A DNA stretch of 64,000 bases, taken from contig JAUPSS010000006.1 in assembly GCA_040285825.1 (NCBI GenBank), positions 248,001-312,000 on the forward strand, in the 5' to 3' direction. Made by a program: the position numbers and the translations under genes. The DNA is from Eukaryota sp. TZLM1-RC (Eukaryota > Protista > Metamonada: BaSk clade). The notes under the pieces were generated by a model. That model worked only from the letters and a program-made list of their open reading frames with translations, was not told where the DNA came from and did no database searches. Shown one piece after another: positions 1 through 10,116 of this stretch (positions are counted from its first letter, which is position 1; every line of letters starts with the position of its first letter).

Positions 1-571
1 ACCACATCACATACTTTTCATCAGAAAATGAAGTTTAAAATTGAATTCGTATTTTCAAATGAATAATTTTAAATGGTTTACATGCTGTATTGGAAGAAAT
101 TCTATTTCATTTGTCAACCCGATCGATCGGAATTTGCTGTTTGAAACAGTAACTGTAAACATTACAGAAATCCTTTCAAGATATCCTCTGAAACCTTGCC
201 AACCCAACTCTCTTCATTCTTGGTTTAGTTCTTGCACTTTATCTGCTTTCCTTACATCACCTCCAGTCATCTTGTTCTTCTAATGGTGTTGGTTGTTCTA
301 CACCATCCTCCTCTGTGAATGATGCTTTGAAAACTTCTGCCATCTCATTTTCCTATTGAACTATTGTCATTACCTCAAGTCTCCCCATGCTTTGTGATCT
401 CAAATATTATCCTTTCTTTCACTCCAATCACTCCTCTCCGACTCCACATTCTCAACTTTCCTTCCAGTTGGTGTACATGATATCTTTTATTTTGCATTCC
501 CTAGCTGTTGTTCTATTCCATTTCATCAATCAATGTCAAAGGATCAACACGTGGAAGGTTGGGTAATTTTT

Positions 572-602
572 TGGAAGTACATGGGACTCGAACCCAGAAC
601 CC
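572..602 (-). repeat. tRNA-like 3' half (T-arm/B-box GGTTCGAGTCCC, ending CCA) within the dispersed repeat; not a complete tRNA
   Basis: Reverse complement reads ggttctgggttcgagtcccatgtacttcca; homologues at ~13609, 31488, 39220, 44907, 53221 and 60301. Confidence 0.7.
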
Positions 603-1335
603 TAATTGGGTTATTTTGCTTCAAATTTTGAATTTTCAATCTTCAGTGGTCTTTGTCAGCTGACATGTGACCTTTTCTTCTTTTGCTGGTTTTTTCGTTG
701 TTCAATTTTCAAATTGTTCTAATCTCAAACTATTGTTGCAAGGGATGTCAACATAAGAAAAACTTGTGTTTATGCTTCAACTAATCATTACTTTTCAACT
801 AGTTCAATGCTGGGTACGACTGATATTGAATTTGAGAATGTTGAAAGTTTTTGATTTCAGGAGTGATATCCATGTCAAAACTCCAAATTATGACTAAATT
901 ATATCACCACTAATAATGATTTTTGTCACTATTTAGCTGATATAATTTGGAGTTATCATCGACGTGTTGAGCCATCATGTTCATTTATTACTTCAGCAAA
1001 GTTAATCATTATTGAAACTGCTGCATTTAATTATCAATTTGTGTAAAAAAAATTGTCTTCATGTAGAAACTGTTGTTTGTTTCAACGAAGTTAATTCTAA
1101 ACAATTAATTTTATGGACTCAATTTTACATTGCACATATTTTACTTGCAAAATATTTGTTTTGTTGTTGGAATTATAATCACAATGGTTCCATTTGGTTT
1201 TATTTATTTGGTTATTTGGTTTTCAGGACCAATTCTCCGCACACTTGGTTATTTAGAAACTGTTCTTGTTTGTGGTTCAACTACCACAGATGATTACCTT
1301 GAAGTAACCAAAACTACTTGATTTTTTTAAAATTT

Positions 1336-1590
1336 AGAGTCTCTACAAAATATTGAGAGTAATTCTCTTTATTTTGAATCTCTATTTATAAATACATAAG
1401 CGACTGAGTAATCATCAATCATTCAGTTTGTAATTGATTGAGGTTGATTACGGTCAAGAAAGATTTGAATACGTGTGTCTGTATAGTCTACATGTTTTTG
1501 GATCTTTGTAGGTTTAATGCTTACAACAATTTTATTAATGAATTAATTTGAGGGTTTCTTTTTTTACCTCGACATGATTAATTCATTTTT
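1336..1590 (+). repeat. Conserved ~250 bp block of a dispersed repeat family. Other copies: ~14368-14620 +, 30950-31217 -, 37918-38125 -, 44123-44340 -, 53719-53970 +, 60909-61096 +
   Basis: Shared agagtctcta..gagagtaattctc..gactgagtaatcatcaatc..acgtgtgtctgtatagtctacatg..gtaggtttaat in all 7 copies. Confidence 0.92.
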
Positions 1591-3855
1591 TTCTTTTATT
1601 TATTTTTATATTTAAGATAGGTTTAATTATGAGATGACTAAAGCAGCATCGATCTTTTGAATTTCTTCCTTTACTGTCATATTCTCTTTTCTAAAGATTA
1701 TCAATTTTCTGAAAAAATATATTCCTCCATTTTATTTTCACAAAACTACAGCACTTCTAAACTTCTGCTTGTTCAGTAGCTGGAAAGTTTATTTGAGGGT
1801 TAAAACAATGTTTAACATAAGAAAAGATACTTTTTCAAGAAATTGTTGCTCACAGATGTATTTCGTACATATCTTGCTCGTACATGCTGCTTGAATCGAA
1901 ATCATTCTGATTGTCCTTCTTAATCAAAGTTTGGTTAAAAAGATACAATATTCAAGCCTGATTGAAAGTTTGTTGCCGCAGACTCAATCAAAGTTTGGTT
2001 ATCTTCATTTTCCTCGGAACAACAGGCACATTAAACCTCAGTGACCTACAAGAAATCTTTGAAGGAGATTCAAGATAAACTTACATGCATTTAATAAAAA
2101 GAATGTTCCTCTTGAATTATTCAGATTGAAATTGATGTAGTGTTCGAGAACAGAATCAACAACTACTTCTTCGGGTTGGGCTAATGGTTCATCTGGCAAG
2201 AGAGAGAGGATAATTTGCACAGACATTCGTTTTATCTAGAGCATTACAATGAGCACGAATAAAATTTTTTTGTCCAGGATTGACAAGTTTTAGGTAGACT
2301 TGTCTTCACGTTAGACGCTAATTGACGAGCCCGACAAGCAAGGTAAGGAAAAAGCCCTTTTCTATTGATAAAATTACGTTTCTGAGACTGCAGCCAAGCA
2401 TTGAGAAAAAGATTGAATGAATTTCTATAAGGCACTAAACAATTTTCCCATGAAGAAACAAGAGACCTGTCTTGTTGATGCCGTAGGTTGGAAAAGTGGG
2501 GTTAAGATAAAGATGATTTATTTTCTATTCATATTATAAAAGCCTAAGGGCACCAACACTGCTTCTCCCCTTTTCAAAATCAATCGGCTTTGTAATGAAT
2601 ATTCAACTAACATCAATAACTAATAAACTAATTCTTCTTATTTCTATTACTACGTCTTGGCCGTTTAGGGGCGCTAGACTCATTGGAAGGATCTCTTCTA
2701 TTAGAAGTACGTTTACCAACTTTTCAAAAATTGCTGGACTGTCGTTTGATTTTGAAGTAATACTTGTAACAAATAACCATGTTTTGATCGAATATGATGG
2801 ATTTTTCAGAAGAATCCCTTATTTTCAAAGAACAGAAGATGATTTTCAACGTCAGTTGCTAAACGATCAATGGAAGGATCTTAAGGCTCAAGTAATGGAA
2901 AATGTATTGATACATATTTTGTACACAATACCAAATGAATTGATTCCTTCAGAACTAGATCAAATTCTGAATGTGGATTTCATGCATAATTTGATTGAAA
3001 ATCAACAATGGGTTTATCACTGTGATGAATCCCCTTACAGATCACTTCGCAGTAGTTAATTTGTTTATTTATGGTGAAACAATACAATAACGTTGTTTAA
3101 TTTGTGTGGATTAGCTGTTTTGGGATATGACGATTTTTTTACCTCAACAGGATTAATTCATTACTTTTTGTATTTGGTTCGGGAAAAATTTCCGGGATAG
3201 GAGAAAGGCTTAATATTTAATATTTACTCAAAGTTGGATGAATGGTATTGGCATGTTTCATGTGATCCTTGTACAATGTCATGATATTTCTTCTTTTAGT
3301 AGTTTTAAAGAATTTTAAAATTTATTAATTTCTCATTATTAACCTCGGGTAGCTGTTGCAGCAAGGGAATATCATGCTGAAGGTGATTCCCATTTTCATT
3401 TACTATTCCGAACTAATCCTAGATTACAAGTGACAACCCGAAAAAGAATCTGTCGTGAGCACTTTTTTTACGCTCAGGAGAAATGAATGAAACTTTTTTG
3501 TCTTCTTATCACAAAATCAAACTTATTTCGTCTCAAAGTTCTCTCTGTACTATTGGTCACAGTTTGGGAAACCAAAGAAATTGTTTCCTGCTCATCATTC
3601 CTTATCAGTGAAGCTATTTCAATGAGATTTCAATGAGAGTCACTATTTTCCAAAAAAAAGTTCAATTCATTTTAAAACCAACAGCTTGCTATTTGTTCTG
3701 CCATGAGTCGATGAATTTTTTAGTCTGTTTGGTAGCAAATTTCGGCACAGTGAAAATTAAGTAAGGGTTCTTTCATAGTGTTTTTGATGTGTTTTTTGTT
3801 GTAAAAAAAGTTCAAAATTTTCAGAAAAGGAAAAAATAGGCTTCAAATTAGCAAG

Positions 3856-4209
3856 TTATGATTGTTCGTTTTTTCTAAAGTTTTGGGGAAATGCTAGCTC
3901 AAGTTGGTTTTGGATGGTCAATCCACATAAGAGAGAAGGGGACTTCTGTCGGGATTCGGCCGGGCCTGAACGTGTTCCAATACTGGAACCACATAGATTT
4001 GAGTGGTTGGGGTCGATGGCCCAGAACATCATTTCCGTTTGGTCATCAGGTGCCTGCCACTCAATAGCTTTTGGTTTCTGGCGAGGTCGTGGCCGTTCAA
4101 CCTTGGCTTGCAAGGTATGTTTTCTATTTCGAGTGGTTTCGTGGTAATCAAGTTCCCCTCTGGATCTCTTATCAGCCAACCAAGGACTCTCCACAGGTTG
4201 AGAACTCAT
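3856..4209 (-). pseudogene. Unknown family member with an AIDPNHxNLCGxSI motif (paralog of 28693-29109)
   Basis: FWAIDPNHSNLCGSSIGTR versus FCAIDPNHKNLCGYSIETR. Confidence 0.6.
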
Positions 4210-4739
4210 GTCGAAAAGGGGACAAAAACAGGCTTCAAACTAGTGATGGGAGTGGGTCTATGTTGTCTAAAGGTATGTGGAAAAGCTTGGTGGAATTATT
4301 AGTAGAAGAAGCAGGAAGAAGGTTGGAAGTATCATCAGGATGCAAAGGTACAATATAATTCTCGTAGAAAGGCTTGCTGTGGAGTTGCAATAGATTTTTA
4401 AATCGGTTAATAACAGCCAAAAATTGTCTCAGGTTGACTGTTATTGGTGAAAACCTTGGACCAATCTCTAAACAATGTAGCAACAAATCCATCCAGAAAG
4501 CAAAGTATCTTCTTGTTGAACAGCACAACAATGATTGATTTTAAACTTCAATTCATAATCAAATTAATGGCAAAAGAATACTTTAATATATTTTTCAATA
4601 TAAAAATATTTTTCATCGTAATTATCATCGTCACAAAGGGAGTTAAAAATGGTGATGAATACAGATTCGCCATTGCCACTAACTTTCATCAGCCACCAAT
4701 ATACCTCGCTTCTGTGGAGCTTCAGCTTAATGGTCTCAT

Positions 4740-5704
4740 GTAACAATATCAATGATATCTGATTCTTGAGCAGGACCATCATGGGGATTAGTGCTGACAA
4801 ATTCAGCTGTAAATGGAGAATCAAAATGCTAGAGTGCAAACCGAGATTCAAAAGCAAATTTCTGATCTTGATCAACCGTATCTATGATAAGTAATAATAA
4901 AATACAAACCTAAAACAATCTCCTGAATTGTCAAATTGGATAAAAAAATTGTTGGTAGATTTTGCATCTTTTGGACATTATAATACCGAGCATTGACGTT
5001 GATTGTTCTGTGGTTAATAAAAAAAATACATACCCTCCGTCTAACCAAGCGAGCCAATGAACAATACCTGTGGTACCAATTCGAGTTGGCTCATCTGCCA
5101 CACATACATCGTATTTGAAATTACAAAAATCTTCAAACTTACCGGCTTCAGGAGCCATGTATACTTTGAGACCAGCCTAAAATTATAACCAATAAAAACA
5201 TACTTTTTGTAAGAGACGAACCACGGTTGTTTTTTCAATAGAAGATGGACCAGAGATGTACAAATGTTTTTCACGGAATGCTCGTTTAAAACCAATGGGG
5301 AATTCAAAGCGGCTATCAATCACTAGGTAACCCATGGTTTCAAAGCTAGAGTTAGATTCGGAGATGCCGACAGATTCAGCTTGCGCTTTAGCTATTAGAA
5401 TACTTTTGGCCTTTCTAATATAAAAGTTCATAAAATTAAATTGAATGTCATGATGGTCATAACCTATGATTAGTTTTAAAAAAAACAAACCTTGAGCAAA
5501 AACCTCTCGACACTTTAACAAGATGATATTGTATAATGACCAAGTACAAAGGACTACAGAAAGATCACCCTTGTGGTTTAAAATGCGTCCTTGTGATCTT
5601 GAATAAAAAAGTAATAAAATTTGCATTGTAGATCTAAAATAAACATTGAAAACCAATATGCCCTGATGATATACAATATGATTACAATAAAACACTATCA
5701 ACAC
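4740..5704 (-). pseudogene. Intron-containing SF3 (Rep/NS1-type) helicase; introns at 5177-5203, 5008-5033, 4882-4909 and probably 5464-5490
   Basis: Spliced product has Walker A LYISGPSSIEKTT (G>E), Walker B VCVADE, B' INVNARY, motif C PTIFLSN and Arg finger AFESRF; TAG at 4829-4831. Confidence 0.8.
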
Positions 5705-5706
5705 AA

Positions 5707-6708
5707 TTATTTATTAAAAACAGAAATATTACCAGCAACTACTTCAGGATTGGTATCAGCAACCCAATACAGAATAGTTTTTTCATATTGGACGTAAAGT
5801 TCGTCATCAGCATTAATATCTTCCGCAGCAAAATAAGCAATCAAGGGATAAGTTACACCATCAAAAGATCGTTCCAAGTCGATGGCATAAACATTAATCT
5901 TTTCCTCGGATGAGGTGTTGACCATCCAGCCAGGACCATATTCCCAGAGTCGTGCCCTGGCATCAATGAAATAATGGTCGTTACAGATTGACCAGGAGAG
6001 AGAATATTGGTTGTCTGGGATTGACCTTTGGCGGAGCTGCATGGCCTTTTTGTCAACTGAGGATTCCTTGGGGTATACTTTGACCGTACACATCGGTAAG
6101 TAATACCCCTTGGAATTGTTATTGAGAGGAGGAGGAGACATAGGGGGATACACTCCTTTAAAGCTATGCGCATCATACAGTGATAGAGAACGAAGCTGAC
6201 TAGTGTCCCTGTACGGGAAGGCTGAAATTAAGGCAGTACGGCCAAGGTAATGGTTTACAAAGGCATCCTGCGAGAGCGTGGGTTCTTGGCAAATGTTGCC
6301 CACCACCCATCGACCATCTAGGAATTGAGCCATCACCGGTAATGAAGAGGTATAAACCAGCCAGACAGGATCGAGACCTTTGACATCACGCTTATGTGCA
6401 ATGACAATCGGTGCATCGCCATCTAGATGTTCTCGATGCCAATAATCAACATTACTGGCAAATGCCTTTACTTGTTGACACAGGTAAGAATTCCTGTAAG
6501 GCGGAATGAACAAGGGGGTGATCCGGGCTGGTTCATCTTGGACAGGCTCTAGTGGTGGCAAGCAGTCAGAATCGGAGCCACATTCTGCATCCCGTCTTGT
6601 TGCTTTGGTGGGTGGCTTTCTCTTCACGGAGCATCCATCTCTTCTGGCCTTGGATTGCCGTGTACTCACCCCCGATTTGCGCTTTCTACATCGTGTGGCA
6701 GGAGGCAT
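5707..6708 (-). CDS. SET-domain protein (divergent lysine methyltransferase), 333 aa, basic N-terminus
   Basis: YFIDAR..GPGWMVNTS..NV..YFAAEDINADDELYVQY matches SET C-terminal motifs (NHS-like and ELxxxY). Confidence 0.75.
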   Translation of the reverse strand: MPPATRCRKRKSGVSTRQSKARRDGCSVKRKPPTKATRRDAECGSDSDCLPPLEPVQDEPARITPLFIPPYRNSYLCQQVKAFASNVDYWHREHLDGDAPIVIAHKRDVKGLDPVWLVYTSSLPVMAQFLDGRWVVGNICQEPTLSQDAFVNHYLGRTALISAFPYRDTSQLRSLSLYDAHSFKGVYPPMSPPPLNNNSKGYYLPMCTVKVYPKESSVDKKAMQLRQRSIPDNQYSLSWSICNDHYFIDARARLWEYGPGWMVNTSSEEKINVYAIDLERSFDGVTYPLIAYFAAEDINADDELYVQYEKTILYWVADTNPEVVAGNISVFNK

Positions 6709-7007
6709 TGAGGTTGTGAGTAATATATAGGTTGAAATAAAAATTTCATTTACATGGAAGCTATATATTCCATTTCAGTTAAATGTATGGAAGCTATATA
6801 TTCCATATAACTACTCTCAAATTAAAACCTAAAACTTGCATCATTATAAACCCAAAACGTCATAAAAAGCATGGTAGTGTACATGTCTTGTTCAAACAAC
6901 TGAATAAAAATTATAAATTAAATTGAATTAAATATTGATTTAAAAATGCAAAACAAGCAGTAATTGAATAAAGACAAATACAAAACAAGGTGTATAATTC
7001 TAGTATC

Positions 7008-7230
7008 ATGAGTGATACAGATAAAGTATGTTTATATGTTGGATTAACCGTAGAAGACAGAGAGTGCTCAATTAGAGAGTGCTCAATCAGAGACAGAGAG
7101 TGTTGTACAGGGATCTAATCCACCCAATGTACCAACTCTACAGGACGCCCACGAGTCGAGTACTGATGATAGTTCTGTATGTAATCCTCTTGTGCTAACC
7201 AGAGATTTAATCTGTGGGGAAGCCCACGGC
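7008..7230 (+). pseudogene. 5' fragment of the telobox-Myb family gene (paralog of 39889); 28-nt introns at 7026-7053 and 7177-7204
   Basis: MSDTDK|KTESAQ..ESSTDDSS colinear with 39889-40070. Confidence 0.7.
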
Positions 7231-7429
7231 AAAGCACTTGACGATTTCTTGACGTGTAATCTTAAGTTAAATCCAATTACAGTTTATTATTCAAGAATCT
7301 CGTTACTGGTTCAATGTCTACGGCAAGTATTCATCATTATAAACTATACCTCTCTGACTTCCCTAAAGAAAATATAGATTGGCACAAGAACATTGCTGCC
7401 GGTGATATGGAAGAATCTGTAATTTTTAA

Positions 7430-7666
7430 TTAATCAGCCGGTTGTTAACCAACTCGCAAAAGAACTGGCCGACAAACCACTTTCGGACTGAGGTTAGCTT
7501 GATAGGATTACATAAAGAACTATCATCAGAGCTCGACTTGGAGCCTTCTTGTTGGGTTGGATTTGAGTCTCCAACAGCACTCTCCAATTGAGCACTCTCT
7601 GTTGCACCACTCTCTGACTTCTATGCTTAATACATTATGACAACATACTTTATCTGTATCACTCAT
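7430..7666 (-). pseudogene. Second, inverted 5' fragment of the same gene family; intron at 7621-7648
   Basis: Exact reverse complement of atcatgagtgatacagataaagtatg; reads MSDTDK|KSESGA..SSSDDSS. Confidence 0.65.
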
Positions 7667-8217
7667 GATGGTAGAACTATATACAATGTTTTGAATGTGT
7701 TTTTATTCATTTACTCCTTTATTGGTTCTTTAAATAAATATTTGTTATTGATTTTTTTTGATTTTTTAAACACTTGTTGAGAGACCACAATTCATCCAAT
7801 GTCTTTAAAATGGGTGTATACACCAAAAAGACACCATTGGGAGTGATTAAATGTGATATGTAATTAGGAATATACGATGTTGCCTTTTTTCCAAACATCC
7901 AATTAAACGATGTTGCCTTTTTTCACAACATCTTTCAAAATTTCAATTCATCTCTATGCCTCGTCCTAAAACTCTCTAGAAACCAGCTTTCACACCTTTT
8001 ACTACTCAGCTAACTGCTTTTACCAATGCTCGCCATCCCACCCATCATAACACTCCTTTTGATTGTGTCTTTGCTTGAACACTACTTGATACTGTGTTGA
8101 AGTTTCGATCACTCCAAGATTTGTCAACAAACACTGCTTAAACTAAGACTGAAGAACAAATTATCCAATTTATTGGTAAAAAATGAAAAAAATTGAAGGA
8201 AAATCAGGTCAATTATT

Positions 8218-8835
8218 TTATTTTTATTCAACAACAAATATGAAATACACAATTAAAACTCCACATCCTCAAAACCTGCCTCCCCTACATCAAAACAATT
8301 AATCGCTAAAGATTCAGAAAATTTCCCAAAAGAAAATAGTGAATCAGAAATTAGTTTTACCATTCCCTTAAAAATAGAAAATACAATCCTGTTTTGCCAG
8401 TAAATACGATTGAAAATTCTTCCAGTTCTTTCCTTTACAACTACAACAAAATCCTCAAGGAAAGCCATAGCAGCCTTACCTAGAGATCCAAGCAAAGAAA
8501 AAACAAATGGACATAAATTATATTGGGCATGGGAATTTTCATTCACCGAGGAAATGGGTTTCGCATATTTAGCAATTTTATATTTTTCGCCTGCAAGAAG
8601 AGGATTATTTACATCCGAGTTAATGAGATGTTCGTTAGAGGAATTACAAGGGTCGATAGACATGGCGTCCAAAATAGTAAAACTACCATTTAAACCAGGA
8701 ACAACTAGATCACCTCTAGTCAGACCCATAGAAGCTCTGTTGTAACGCGTACTATCATTATTGGGATCATCAAGAATTAATTTTGATAACAGCGGTTCCA
8801 AAAAGGAATCTACTCTATATGATTTGCACATTACA
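8218..8835 (-). mobile_element. 5'-truncated non-LTR retrotransposon, restriction-like endonuclease (RLE) C-terminus with A-rich tail
   Basis: EPLL..RGDLVV..ILDA..EKYKIAKY..PFVFSLLGSLG pattern; the flank 8090-8217 continues without this element at 47112-47250. Confidence 0.7.
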
Positions 8836-9986
8836 TAAAAAATAAATTTTGAATTTTGAATTTTGAATTTTTTCAACCATGCTGCTATTTGCGTCTTGTT
8901 CTTAAAAATAGACAATAATGTTCTGACGTGGCACGTCAAGCCATTAACCCAGAATTGTTTACAGATGTCCTTAATAAGTAAGTTAAGTGAATGAGTGACG
9001 CAATGACTCGACAACACAATGTTATTATCCTGGAGAGTTTTGAAAAGACCAACAGCTGCTGCGTTGACCGTAGCTCCATCTAAGGTCAACCAAATGATCT
9101 TCTGAGCTTCTTCCACAATCTTTCTTCATTTCGTCAACCCCACTAGATTAGGATCAGAATGTATCTGTATCAATTTAGCCACTTCAGTAGCACCAAAGAC
9201 AATTATATCAGCTAGATGGTCTTGGTTCTGCTCTCGACAGTCCGCTGGTATACAACCGATGTAGAACGATCGTCCGTTCGAGGCAGCAATGATATTGTGA
9301 CGAGGTGTCATACCTGTAGAATAGCCATCAATAGAAAGTTCAAAGGAGTGTGAGATGAGTGAAGGAATAAAGCACTCGGCAATGAGAAGTTTAACTGTTT
9401 GATGGAGCTTTGGAAGAATTGAGTTGGACAGCTGCTGACGATTTGGACCCAGAAAATTAGGTTTAACTTGTTTAGAACGATGAATCTGAGCAAAGTAACG
9501 TAAGAAATCCTGAAAGGATTCCTTTTCAATAGTATTAAAAGATATCCCGGAAAGAGCAAAGGCGAGACATGCTTTCTTTCCTAAAGTTGCTTGAACGTCA
9601 TCTTCTACAAAAAAGTCATTAGTCTCCATTGGATCAGTTAGAGTAATTGCTTCACTAACAGAAGCTGACTCGATATAAGCCTTGTTGTTTTGTTCCTCAA
9701 TGGCTTTTTTTACCTTTTGTTCAGCTAGAAACATAGAAAGTTCTTTTGTATTTTCCCAACCAGAGCATGACGGGATATGGAGAGGTCCCCAGCGACAAGT
9801 GTTCTGCTTGGCGAAAACCTTACCACAGCCTCCACACCACACATCCATGTTGGTGGTGGTCTTCTTGTTGGCGATTTTCACCATTCGCCAGATCGTTTTA
9901 TTGCTATTGACGATATGGGTCTTAAAACCGGGAGGAGGTTCAAGTTTGAAAGACTCCCGGTAGCGGGGGGTGGAGGAAGATGTCAT
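8836..9986 (-). mobile_element. hAT-superfamily transposase, one in-frame TGA at 9126, 3'-truncated by the RLE element
   Basis: BED-like CxxC..H..C, ISFNTIE..F, PNRQQLS, first catalytic D in LSIDGYS, second D in LTLDGA, CxxH motif CVTHSLNL. Confidence 0.8.
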
Positions 9987-9994
9987 AATCAGAA

Positions 9995-10116
9995 TGCAAA
10001 AAAATACAAATCAAAAAATACAAAAAAATACAAATATATCGAAAAAAAATACAAATACAAATACAAAGAAAATACAGAATACAAATAAATACAGAAAATG
10101 GTATTTTGCAAGTATG
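9995..10116. repeat. Degenerate (AAATAC)n subterminal repeats and probable left end of the hAT element
   Basis: Repeated aaatac units ending in tgcaagtatg; absent from the homologous inverted copy at 26620. Confidence 0.55.

Larger units (their letters stand above)
1..2592 (+). repeat. Segmental duplication, direct copy of ~13047-15623
   Basis: Near-identical sequence from accacatcac..tttcatcagaaaatg to tcaatcggcttt; the paired ORFs 2038/2244 and 15069 match. Confidence 0.95.
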
